Below, piece after piece: positions 1 through 10,258 of a stretch of DNA of 64,000 bases. Position numbers and translations under genes: made by a program. The stretch is from contig CAWDNU010000001.1 of NCBI GenBank assembly GCA_963803705.1, forward strand, positions 320,001 through 384,000, in the 5' to 3' direction. How positions within the stretch are numbered: position 1 is the stretch's first letter; each line of letters opens with the position of its first letter. The notes beneath the pieces were generated by a model, which saw nothing but the letters and a program-made list of their open reading frames with translations, was not told the DNA's origin and ran no database searches. Source of the DNA: an uncultured Pseudobdellovibrionaceae bacterium (GTDB taxonomy: Bacteria; Bdellovibrionota; Bdellovibrionia; Bdellovibrionales; UBA1609).

Positions 1-190
1 AAAAGCGTCGTCTATTAGTCTGATTCAGTTGTTGGGCCTCTGAGGCCGTAAAGATTGTATACAGAGCGGGACTAGATGGGCTGTAGGCCTCTTTGGTCTT
101 TTCGTAGGCTTTTTGTATTTCGTTGGTTCCAGCATCAAGTGGAACTTCCAAAATATCGTAAAATGTTTTTCCGTTGAAGACTTCTTTCAT
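1..190 (-). CDS. J-domain-like protein, N-terminal part (runs off the window)
   Basis: Manual translation from ATG 190: MKEVFNGKTFYDILEVPLDAGTNEIQKAYEKTKEAYSP; YDILEV...EIQKAY resembles DnaJ helices I-II but there is no HPD motif. Confidence 0.6.
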   Translation of the reverse strand, partial: MKEVFNGKTFYDILEVPLDAGTNEIQKAYEKTKEAYSPSSPALYTIFTASEAQQLNQTNRRRF

Positions 191-197
191 ACTATGA

Positions 198-1173
198 CTA
201 TATTGCAAAACTAGTAAGGTTACGTAAAGTCTTTTCACTAGATAATTTATCGAACACGCGAGATAATTCCGTTGTTGTATTTGATTTGGTTTGTTCAATT
301 TGAAAAGGCTTCATCGATCGTAAGGATTGCCAGACAACGCTGTCATAGTTTACGTAACCTAGAGCCTCGCATTTCATATTGAAGTATTGAGTGCAAATTT
401 TCTCTATTGAATTGCCCAAAACCTGATCTTGGTGTGATCTGGCCTGATTAATTAGAATACGCGGCACAATAGACTGAATTCTCTTTTCAAGAATTGAGCC
501 TAATTCAGGCTCTTTTTCCACTAAAAAGGCAATGAGTTGAGCTGGAGTTTTAATGTTGAATCTTTCTTTATGGTTTAAAAGCTTAGTTATCTCGTCTAGG
601 CATTTTAATTCTTTACTCGTTTCCATAACCGTTTTGTGAAATGCTTTTTTTAAAAACTGATAGGAATTTTCTATGCTTGTTGGCTCGGGTGTCGTAACGA
701 TCACTTGCTTGTTGCAGTTTAAAAAGAAATTTATTGTCTCATTATGAGTTCCAGCTGCTAAATCAAAAATAACACAGTCAAATTCGCAGCTTTGAATAGC
801 ACGAATCATCGTATCTGTTTTTTCATTTGAAATTCTTAAATCTGAACTCCAATCGTCCAGTCCTTTTATAAAAAATAGGTTAGAGTTATTTGTACCTGAA
901 ATAACATCTTCGATCCTAGAGACTTTAGAGTTTAAGTAGTCTTTAAGATTTGGACCAGTGGGTTGAATTCCTAAGTAAGTATGGACATTTGCTCCACCTA
1001 AATCTAGATCTACTATAAGAGTCTTTTTATTTTTTTTGGCCAAGTGAATACCGAAAGTTCGTACTCAGAAAAGTCTTTCCAATTCCACCTTTCCCGCCAC
1101 CAAAGGCGTAAAAAACAGTGTCAGAATTGTCCAAGTCGCCTCTAGATTTCTGGAAAGGTAGTAATATACTCAT
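198..1173 (-). CDS. MinD/FlhG-like P-loop ATPase, split by a 1-nt frameshift near 1055
   Basis: GGGKGGIGKT Walker A in ORF 1027..1263 continues into VDLDLGGANVHTYLG...DLAAG...VTTPEPTSIEN in ORF 198..1043. Confidence 0.8.
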
Positions 1174-1904
1174 AATCTTCCTCTGTTGATGCTTTTTAAG
1201 TAGTCCTCGATTCAAGTTCTCTTCGGCTTCAGAGTTCTTAATGTAAAGTGGTTCCGCACTCAATGGATCAACTTTTTTAAATTTAAGACGATGGTCACGT
1301 TCAAAGAAAAGTTTGGCATGTACAGCAGATGGATTTGAAGGCAGCAGGTGAGTTTTTTCATACTTAGTCTGAATGTCTCGGGAAACTGCTGCTCATAGAC
1401 TATGTAGCCATCTCCGTGAGCCACTAATTTTATCGTAATCTTCAAATTTATCTGAAACTTCCATGGGGTAAATAGACAATCAGATATTTGTTCCTTTATT
1501 TTTTCTGATCATAAATCATACTCGCAAAGGTAGACTTGATTTTTGAATCCATTTATCAGAACAACATGTTTACAAGGGTCTAATAAGTAATTTTGCTAAT
1601 TTCCAAGGTAGCCACGAAAGCTAGGTGATAGGTAAAGTTCAATTTGATTCACGAAGCAGATCAATTTAGAAAAGTTCAGCCCCACCCTAAGTCCTGTAAA
1701 ACTTCCCGGCCCGGAAGTACATAGAACTCGATTTATCATCTTAGTTTTTATCTTCAAATTGGTTAAAATTTTTTCAAATTCAAATGTTAGCGTTTCACTG
1801 TGGGACTTTTCTGATCCCCAGTAAGATTCAGCAACTAAAATTTGATCTTCATCGTATAAAGAAAATCCACCATTCACCGAACTAGTATCGATACTAAGCA
1901 ACAT
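1170..1904 (-). CDS. tsaB: tRNA threonylcarbamoyladenosine biosynthesis protein TsaB (several frameshifts; 3' end approximate)
   Basis: MLLSIDTS...HSE...GPGSFTGLRVG motif; C-terminal EPLYIKNSEAEE lies in another frame. Confidence 0.85.
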
Positions 1905-1905
1905 T

Positions 1906-3537
1906 TTACCAACCCGATAGGAAAACCCTTTGCACGTCATTAAACAAAGTTAAACCTACTAAGGATAGTAATAGAACTAAACCAAACATAAATGCAATTT
2001 CCATTTTTTTAGGGCTAACTGGTTGCCCTCTGATAGCTTCAATTGAATAGAAAACTAGGTGTCCGCCATCTAACACTGGAATAGGAAGTAGATTTAATAA
2101 AAACAAGTTTATCGAGATAATTCCCATCATTTGGAAAAAATAGGACCATCCAACGCTTAGGCTTTGTTTAGCAACTTGCCCGATTGTTATAAAGCCGCCT
2201 AAATTTTTATGTGATACTTCACCTTGGACTACTCGTTTAATGCTATTAACAGTCCAAACAGTCCATTTCCAGGTTTGCTGTACCGAATACGTTAAGGCGC
2301 CAAAAAAACCACCAGCAGAAACGTAGACTTGGTCGGGGACCTGAAAATAGAACCCTGGTTCTATACCAACTATTGGTCTTTCAATCTCTTGACCCCTTTC
2401 ATTCATCATAGCCTTCATTTGAGGCGCTACTTTAATCTCCATTGGTTCAAAGTCGCGAAGAATTTTAAAACTTAAAAGTTGTCCTTTGGCTCCCTGAGCT
2501 TTAACGGCTTCTATAAGATCCTGCCACTGTGTAATGTTAGTAGAGCCAATAGCCAATATTTTATCGCCACGTTGCAAACCTGCTTTCTTGGCTGGTGAAT
2601 TGGGTTGAACTCTTCCGATATACCTATCTGTTGACTCAAAGGTCAGGTTTTCTGCAAATGAGCTGAATGTCATTAACTTTTCTTTTTCTGAATCCGTAAA
2701 TCTACTAACTGTGATAGTGACTTCAGATTTGGGCTGTAAAGCGGTAAGAGCCTTTTTTAAATCACGTTGATTTTTAATCTGAGTGGTGTTGATTTTTTTG
2801 ATTTCATCTAAATTTCTTAATCCAGCGCTATAAAAACCTGATTCCTTACTTTCAAATGCAACTGTAGGATCTGTTGAAAGCATTGACCAACCCTCAATTT
2901 GGGGAATCTGTCGACGCGAACTTAGTATATTAGGATTAGATTTTACCTCTGTGGGGATCGAAAGTTCGACCTTACTATCAGATCTTTGAACTAAAATAAG
3001 CGCCTTATCAGAAGAGTCGGCAATTTTGGTTAAAGTTTCGTCAAAAGACTGCACATCTTCATTATTCACTTTTAGAATAATATCACCGGATCTTAGACCG
3101 CTTTGGTAAGCTGTAGATGACTTGTTTACATCTCCTATTACTGGTGCTGTTTGGGGTTCTCCATATAGACCAATAGCAAAGAAAACAAATAGGGCTAAGA
3201 CTAAGTTCATCAGTGGGCCTGCAAGGACCACCGCTATTCTTTGTGAGACAGGTTTATGGATAAAAGAGTGTTTTTGTTCTTCAGGAGCTATCTGTGCTGT
3301 TGGATTATCACCGAACATTTTAACGAATCCACCTAGCGGAATGATTGATAGCCTGTACTCAGTGTCACCTCTTTTAAACTTAAAGATTGTTTTACCGAGG
3401 CCAATTGAAAACACTTCAACTCGAACTCCAAAAAATCTGGCCACTGAAAAATGACCCAGCTCGTGGATGAAAATAACTAAACCAAGAAGTAAAAAAAATG
3501 GACCGACGCTTTGAAGTAATTCGTATATATATGTCAT
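1906..3537 (-). CDS. rseP: RIP metalloprotease RseP with PDZ domains
   Basis: HELGH zinc motif, PLGGFVKM, NLLPIPVLDGG; position after cdsA. Confidence 0.95.
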   Translation of the reverse strand: MTYIYELLQSVGPFFLLLGLVIFIHELGHFSVARFFGVRVEVFSIGLGKTIFKFKRGDTEYRLSIIPLGGFVKMFGDNPTAQIAPEEQKHSFIHKPVSQRIAVVLAGPLMNLVLALFVFFAIGLYGEPQTAPVIGDVNKSSTAYQSGLRSGDIILKVNNEDVQSFDETLTKIADSSDKALILVQRSDSKVELSIPTEVKSNPNILSSRRQIPQIEGWSMLSTDPTVAFESKESGFYSAGLRNLDEIKKINTTQIKNQRDLKKALTALQPKSEVTITVSRFTDSEKEKLMTFSSFAENLTFESTDRYIGRVQPNSPAKKAGLQRGDKILAIGSTNITQWQDLIEAVKAQGAKGQLLSFKILRDFEPMEIKVAPQMKAMMNERGQEIERPIVGIEPGFYFQVPDQVYVSAGGFFGALTYSVQQTWKWTVWTVNSIKRVVQGEVSHKNLGGFITIGQVAKQSLSVGWSYFFQMMGIISINLFLLNLLPIPVLDGGHLVFYSIEAIRGQPVSPKKMEIAFMFGLVLLLSLVGLTLFNDVQRVFLSGW

Positions 3538-3585
3538 ATCGAAATATTATCACAAGCCGGCCGGTCGAGCTAGATAGCCTTTGGG

Positions 3586-4425
3586 CTAAAGAATATGAAA
3601 ATAGTGGGCAGCTATTAAATAAACGGGCGAACTTAACAAAAGGCTGTCCAATCTGTCAAAAAAACCACCGTGTCCGACAAAAAGTTGGCCAGAGTCTTTT
3701 TTCTTCGATTTTCTTTTTATCAATGATGCTATCAAGTCGCCGCTAATTGCTGCGAAAGCAGTTAAGTAGATCAGTCCTGTGCTTAGCAAAGTGAATTTGA
3801 ATATTTGAAGTTGGCTGGCTAGACCAATTAGGAGCAGAGGCCACAATAGCGAGCCTAAAAGACCCTCTACTGTTTTTGATGGACTAATAATTGGCTGAAA
3901 AGACACTTTAAAAATGGAACGACCTAAAATTTTTCCAAAAATATAGGCAAAAGTATCTACTCCACAAACGAGCAAGCAAAAAAAGAAAAAATATAAAAAA
4001 TTCTGATCTAAATTAAAAATCTCATATATTTTAACAGGTAAAATATAACCGTAAAGAACGATCAGCAGATAAACTGTTAGTTTATTAAATGTTACATCGA
4101 TTTCAGATTTTCTGTAAACCCAAGGTATTAGTATCAGTGCAAAATATATCGGTAAAAGGTTAAAAAAAGTCTGAATATTGTAAATGGTTAAGAACAAACA
4201 AAAAGCTGTAATTAGCGGAATTAAAAATTTAAAAAATAAGTTTTTATTAAAAAATAAATTTGATAATTCGTAAGAAATTAGTGTGCTAATAACTAAAATT
4301 AGAAAATACGCGCCGTTATGTCTGAAGACAAAAAGTGTCGTCAATAAAATAACAAGGGCTAATGTAGCACTGATTAAACGAATGAAAAAATTATTAGACC
4401 TGAGTCTGTTTTTTTCTGATATCAT
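3586..4425 (-). CDS. cdsA: Phosphatidate cytidylyltransferase
   Basis: DTFAY...ISPSKTVEG...GDLIASLIKR...KDSG...GHGGFFDRLDS. Confidence 0.93.
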   Translation of the reverse strand: MISEKNRLRSNNFFIRLISATLALVILLTTLFVFRHNGAYFLILVISTLISYELSNLFFNKNLFFKFLIPLITAFCLFLTIYNIQTFFNLLPIYFALILIPWVYRKSEIDVTFNKLTVYLLIVLYGYILPVKIYEIFNLDQNFLYFFFFCLLVCGVDTFAYIFGKILGRSIFKVSFQPIISPSKTVEGLLGSLLWPLLLIGLASQLQIFKFTLLSTGLIYLTAFAAISGDLIASLIKRKSKKKDSGQLFVGHGGFFDRLDSLLLSSPVYLIAAHYFHIL

Positions 4426-5186
4426 GAATGTTTGTAACGCCCTGTAAATTTTCGGTACTATCTGCTAAATTCTTGTCGACGACACAACCAAATTTGCGAT
4501 GGCGATCGTAATAATTTTTCAATGCACTTGCAAAATCATTTGCGTTAAAATCAGGCCACAGTTGATCGGTAAAAAAAAGCTCGCTGTAAGCGGACTGCCA
4601 AAGTAGAAAGTTAGAAATTCTTTGCTCCCCACTTGTGCGAATTATCAGGTCTGGGTCTGGCCATCTTGAAGTCTCAAGGTACTTACTGAAATCTTCATTC
4701 GTAAAATTAAATTTAGAAACCCTATTTTGCTCGATGTCTGTTGCCAGTTTTAAAGCAGCATTTTTGATTTCATCTCTACCGCCGTAATTCAGAGCAAAAA
4801 TAACAGTAAGTGCATTGTTAGATTTTGTTTTTACTTTAATTTCTCTAAGTCGAATCTGAAGAGTCAAAGGCAATTTAGATAAGATCCCCTATGGTCTCTA
4901 GGCAGATATTTTCAGAAATAAATTTTTCTGCTTTCGTAATAATATGGTTTTCTAAAAGCTCCATTAGAAAGTTGACTTCATCGGTGGGCCTGCCCCAATT
5001 TTCAGTGCTAAATGCAAAAAGAGTTAGATAAGAAATTTTTTATTTCAAACACTGTTCAATTACTAATTCAGCAGATTCAGAACCTTTTACGTGACCCTCA
5101 AAGCGAGATAGACCTTTTTGCTCAGCCCACCTGCCGTTTCCATCCATAATTATAGCCAGGTGCTTTAAAGGTAATACCGAGGTCAT
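4394..5186 (-). CDS. uppS: Undecaprenyl diphosphate synthase (frameshifted)
   Basis: Manual translation from ATG 5186: [21 protein letters not shown]; downstream [10 protein letters not shown]...[26 protein letters not shown]. Confidence 0.93.
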
Positions 5187-5199
5187 AGAAGCCTTGTGC

Positions 5200-5759
5200 T
5201 TAAACTTTTAAAATATCACTTTCTTTTTGCGCTGAAATCTCGTCTACTTTTTTGATAAATAAGTCAGTGACTTTTTGAATTTCGTCGGAGGATTTTTTTT
5301 GGTCGTCTTCACCGATTTCTTTGTCTTTTAGAGCTTTTTTCAAAGTGTCGTTAGCATCTTTTCTAGATTTACGAACAGCAATTCGTGCGTCTTCAGCGAT
5401 TTTCTTCACATTTTTGGCTAGATCCTTTCTTCGCTCTTCGGTTAACTCAGGGACTTTAAGACGTATCAACCTTTCCATCATTTTGTGGCGTCATCCCCAA
5501 ATTTGCTTTAATTATTGCAGTTTCAATCTCTTTCAAGATGGAAACTTCCCAAGGCGAAATTATAAAAGATTTTGCATCTGGTGTTGATACGCTGGCTACC
5601 TGATTTAAGAGCACTAGGATTTCCATAGTAGTTCACCATAATATTATCAAGCATGCTCACGTTGGCGCGACCAGTTCGTATCTTTTTAAGCTCCTCGATA
5701 AAGGACTCTACAGATCTTTGCATTGACTTTTCAGTGTCTTTTTTTAGGCCATCTATCAT
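5200..5759 (-). CDS. frr: Ribosome recycling factor (frameshifted)
   Basis: KIRTGRAN...VNYYG in 5523..5759; [16 protein letters not shown] in 5200..5481. Confidence 0.95.
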
Positions 5760-5811
5760 GAGTTTCTCCAGAGTAAAATTGCGGAATTAATTAACTTGAA
5801 TATAATATGAC

Positions 5812-6530
<719 letters not shown>

Positions 6531-6543
6531 AGTTGGGTTGTCC

Positions 6544-7196
6544 TTATGAGTTTAATGTGGAAGCGGCAGCGACCTCTTCAGCGAAGTTATTCGCTTTCTT
6601 TTCTAGACCTTCACCTAATTCGAATCGAACAAATCTACGAATAACAATATTTTCCCCGATCTTAGCTATTGTGTTATTAAGATATTCACTAACTCTAAGG
6701 TCAGGATTCTTTACGTATTGCTGGTCCATTAAACAGATTTCAGCAGCCCATTTCTTTATTTGGCCATCAATAATTTTATCTAAGAATTCTGGTTTTTTAC
6801 CTTCTTCGATAGCTTTACCTTTAAAATAGACTTCTCTTTGTCAGCAAAATCGGCAGGGATTTCGGCTTGGCTTACGAACTTAGGATTAGTAGCAGCAATA
6901 TGCATACATAAATCATTTACGAAATTTTTAAACTCGTCAGTTCTAGCGACAAAATCAGTTTCAGCATTAACTTCAATTAGGACTCCGATCCGGCCTTCAC
7001 CATGTATGTAAGACTGCACCAAACCTTCAGTTGCCGCGCGATCAGATTTTTTTGCAGCTTTTGAAAGACCTTTTTTTCTTAACCATTCGACAGCTTCTTC
7101 TTGATTTCCAGAGCTTTCCTGTAATGCTTTTTTGCAATCAAGCATCCCTGCGCCAGTCATTTCTCTTAAATTTTTGATTTCTGATGCACTTACCAT
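6544..7196 (-). CDS. tsf: Elongation factor Ts, short (~217 aa) form, 1-nt frameshift near 6820
   Basis: [45 protein letters not shown]. Confidence 0.95.
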
Positions 7197-7242
7197 ATTT
7201 TCCTCTCTTCAAATTTGAATGTATTTTTATAACTGCTTAGTT

Positions 7243-7270
7243 CGCCTAAAATTTTTAAATATTTTAGGCG
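7243..7270. terminator. Hairpin between rpsB and tsf
   Basis: CGCCTAAAAT...ATTTTAGGCG inverted repeat. Confidence 0.5.
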
Positions 7271-7282
7271 TTAACCTATAAA

Positions 7283-8236
7283 TTAAGACTCAGGAGTTTC
7301 TGATTCTTCTTCCTCGGCAGGTTTATCAAATTCAGTTGTTTCACCACGTTCGACTTCTTCGGCAATTTCAACTTCATCAGCAGTACCCGCAGCAACAAGT
7401 TTTCGTTTATTAACAACAACTACAGCTGGTCCACCAGATGTAGATGACTTGGCTTGAGTTTGCTCTTTTACTTTAGGTTTTACCTCGACGGATTCAACAT
7501 CTTCTTTGGATTTCATTTCACGAACTTTTTCTTCCCATCTTTCTGCGCCAGCCATAAATGAAGCGCTTATCATGTCGCAAAAAAGTTTAATAGAGCGGAT
7601 GGCATCGTCATTTCCTGGAATTGGAAAATCAATGACTTCAGGGTCGGTGTTTGTATCCGCTATAGCAACCACTGGGATACCTAAGGTCTTGGCCTCGGCA
7701 ACAGCAATATGTTCCTTGTTAATATCGATGACGAACATGCAAACAGGCGCTTCTTTCATGTCGCGAATACCTTCTAGGTAATCCACTAGGCGCGTGTACT
7801 CTTTATCTATTTTTGATTGTTCTTTTTTAGAAAAGAAAGTGATTTCACCGCTTTCCTTCTGCTTTTCTATTTTTCTCATTCTATCGATACTATTTTTAAT
7901 CGTAGAAAAATTAGTAAGCATTCCACCAAGCCAACGCTTAGTGACGTAGAACTGGCCAGCACGGGTTGCCGCTTCTTTGATCGGCTCCATCGCCTGTTTT
8001 TTAGTTCCTACAAAAATCATTTTACCGCCTTGGGCAGCAATGGATTCGACAGCTTTTGCTGCTTTTTTTGCCATTTCTAAAGATTTTTGAAGGTCAATTA
8101 TGTGTATACCGCCCCTGGCAGTAAATACATAAGGCTTCATTTTTGGGTTCCATCTTTGAGTCTGATGACCAAAGTGGACGCCTGCATCTAGCATATTCTT
8201 TAAATTTACACTTGGTGTAGTAGCTTGAGTTTCCAT
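7283..8236 (-). CDS. rpsB: 30S ribosomal protein uS2 with acidic C-terminal extension
   Basis: MLDAGVHFGHQT, RWLGGMLTNF, PIPGNDDAIRS. Confidence 0.98.
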   Translation of the reverse strand: METQATTPSVNLKNMLDAGVHFGHQTQRWNPKMKPYVFTARGGIHIIDLQKSLEMAKKAAKAVESIAAQGGKMIFVGTKKQAMEPIKEAATRAGQFYVTKRWLGGMLTNFSTIKNSIDRMRKIEKQKESGEITFFSKKEQSKIDKEYTRLVDYLEGIRDMKEAPVCMFVIDINKEHIAVAEAKTLGIPVVAIADTNTDPEVIDFPIPGNDDAIRSIKLFCDMISASFMAGAERWEEKVREMKSKEDVESVEVKPKVKEQTQAKSSTSGGPAVVVVNKRKLVAAGTADEVEIAEEVERGETTEFDKPAEEEESETPES

Positions 8237-8244
8237 TTTTTCCT

Positions 8245-8352
8245 CCTGGTTGGTCCTCCCTTTAGAAAATGCATAAATTCAAAAAAATTGAATCAAAACG
8301 ATAGGTTAAGTTCAAAATTATTTAAATTTCACCAGGTTTCTAAAGGTGCGTA
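8245..8352 (-). promoter_or_regulatory. rpsB (S2) autoregulatory leader
   Basis: Minus strand ACGCAC-CTTTAGAAA...TTTCTAAAG-GGAGGACCAACC just upstream of the RBS; the stem plus flanking ACRCAC and GGAGG..AACC motifs are typical of S2 leaders. Confidence 0.65.
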
Positions 8353-8470
8353 TTTAATTTAGAGCTCATAAGTACCAAAGAGTTAAGTCTTAGGCAATAG
8401 ATCTGTCTAAAATTAAGAAAGTGGTGTAAGAGGATGTGACTCAAACCATTTCAAGTTTTAATCTTTTCCA

Positions 8471-8817
8471 ATGAGTTTGGTACTTCGACAATTACATGTA
8501 AATGATGAACAAGCATTCCTTAATGGCTTAAAGCATTGGACTGAAGATTCATTACATTGGTACAGCTTCATCTGGAAATCTGGAAATCTGGAATGTATTT
8601 TAAAGAAATGATTAGTTTGCTAAAAAATGAGGCAAAAGGAGTCGGCTTAGTTCCTGGAAGAGTTCGGCATACATTGCTTTATGGTTTTTTAAATAACGAA
8701 ATAGTAGGTCGAGTGAGCATTAGGCATGAATTGAATGAAAATTTACGAAAGCGTGGCGGACATATTGGTTACGCCGTAGCTAAAACTAAGCCTGAGTACA
8801 CAAATTCTGAAATATAG
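8471..8817 (+). pseudogene. GNAT-family acetyltransferase, frameshifted and 3'-truncated
   Basis: MSLVLRQL... from 8471; an extra TCTGGAAA copy at 8571-8594 shifts the frame; IVGRVSIRHELNENLRKRGGHIGYAV then stops at the foldback element, without the acetyl-CoA binding motif. Confidence 0.75.
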
Positions 8818-9079
8818 AAATCTTTTAATTGTTTTATCTTTATTTTAACTTTATTTTATCTTAGATTTTATATCTGAATGTTTAAAGCGAGTTCTTTGGC
8901 ATGAAGCTTTGCCACTTATATCAATAAATAGCGTAAACGCTGTAATTACATAGATAAAAATGAGTTTTAAGTAATTTGCAAAGCGAATGCCAATGCTTGT
9001 CTGAGCCTTTAAACATTCAGATATAAAATCTAAGATAAAATAAAGTTAAAACAATTAAAAGATTTCTATATTTCAGAAT
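8804..9079. repeat. Foldback element A: arms 8804-8887 and 9007-9079 around a 119-bp core
   Basis: 73-bp inverted repeat (left arm has an extra 11 bp); core homologous to the elements at 21815 and 36180. Confidence 0.9.
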
Positions 9080-10228
9080 CTACAGGCATTCATCTAAAGT
9101 TCGAGCCCGATCAAGGGTTCCAACCAAGCCTTCTTCCGATGATGAACATAAGCTTGAGGTGAAGAACAAATTTGGTATCGCTTTCAAAAAACCATTTTCT
9201 GTAAATTTTAAATCTAGTTGACCGTAAGAGCTTTCACTTAAAATTATTTTCTCTTTAAGCTCTGGGAATTCTAGAAGTTCTGGAAAAGCGCGTTTTATCT
9301 GCTTTTTCATATTTTTAATCACTTTGCTAACGAACTCGTGATCTAAGCTTTTTTCTGTATCTATCAAAGTCATCCAGCAAGAATGATCCTTTGATATAAA
9401 GCCAACTAATGGTTCAAAATCTTGATTAGAGCCGTAAAGGCAAAAAACAGAATCCATATTTAATTGGCCAAAGTCATAGTCTTCATGAGCTAAATTTAAT
9501 AGAATAGAATCAAAAACACCACTTCGTTTTTTTAACTTTTTTGTTTCTGAAAATCCAAGTGCTTCTGCAGAAGTAGCGTCTAATATTTTATGAGGTGAGA
9601 CAGTCCAAATAATGTGTTCAAATGAAACATCTGTTTTGCCGTTTATCTCGGCTGAAATAGCTTTGCCTCCAGCCATTGTGGTGCGTTTAAAGGCTTCTTT
9701 AGCTGGATTTTTTTGCTCACTAATTGATTCATTTTTTTCTAAGTTTATCTTTGTGATCTCGGAATTCAAAATAAATCTGTCCTCAGGTAACTCTTCAGTT
9801 AACTTAGAGATCCAATTCTGAGGCAGAGAGGATATTTTTATTTTCTCATTTTCAAAACAAAATTTATTAAGTTGGAATAACGAAAGAGGGGCGCGGTCAC
9901 CGAATCCATTAAAATCCTTAAAGCTGCCGTCTTGAAAATGTTTAGCAGAAGTTTGGAACATGCCTGACAAAATATCTTGTTCTAAAACTTTTTCTAACCA
10001 CGAAAAATAAACCAGGTTTGGTTCAGTGTGTGAATAAAGATTTAAATTAGACGGAATCAAATGATCGTTAGCTGACCAACCAGATAACCTGCCACCCAAG
10101 TGTTCTGAGGGTTCGATTATTAAATAAGACTTCCCTTTTTTTTCTAAAATTTTTGCTGCTAACAGACCAGAAAGGCCTCCACCAAAAATTAAAGCATCAT
10201 AAGAATTTTTTAATTTTGCTGTCTTCAT
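9080..10228 (-). CDS. FAD/NAD(P)-binding oxidoreductase
   Basis: N-terminal YDALIFGGGLSGL...IIE...LGGR Rossmann motif. Confidence 0.7.
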   Translation of the reverse strand: MKTAKLKNSYDALIFGGGLSGLLAAKILEKKGKSYLIIEPSEHLGGRLSGWSANDHLIPSNLNLYSHTEPNLVYFSWLEKVLEQDILSGMFQTSAKHFQDGSFKDFNGFGDRAPLSLFQLNKFCFENEKIKISSLPQNWISKLTEELPEDRFILNSEITKINLEKNESISEQKNPAKEAFKRTTMAGGKAISAEINGKTDVSFEHIIWTVSPHKILDATSAEALGFSETKKLKKRSGVFDSILLNLAHEDYDFGQLNMDSVFCLYGSNQDFEPLVGFISKDHSCWMTLIDTEKSLDHEFVSKVIKNMKKQIKRAFPELLEFPELKEKIILSESSYGQLDLKFTENGFLKAIPNLFFTSSLCSSSEEGLVGTLDRARTLDECL

Positions 10229-10258
10229 TTCCTGGCTACTCCTAAGAATTTATTTAAA

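Noticed and set aside
8978..8993. Sigma54-like TTGGC-N-TTGC motifs inside the foldback cores
   Set aside because: GG-GC spacing varies from 9 to 11 nt among copies and forms part of the hairpin, so it is probably coincidental.
8804..9079. Integron attC sites as an explanation of the foldback elements
   Set aside because: No RYYYAAC/GTTRRRY ends, conservation is central rather than terminal, and there is no cassette array or intI.
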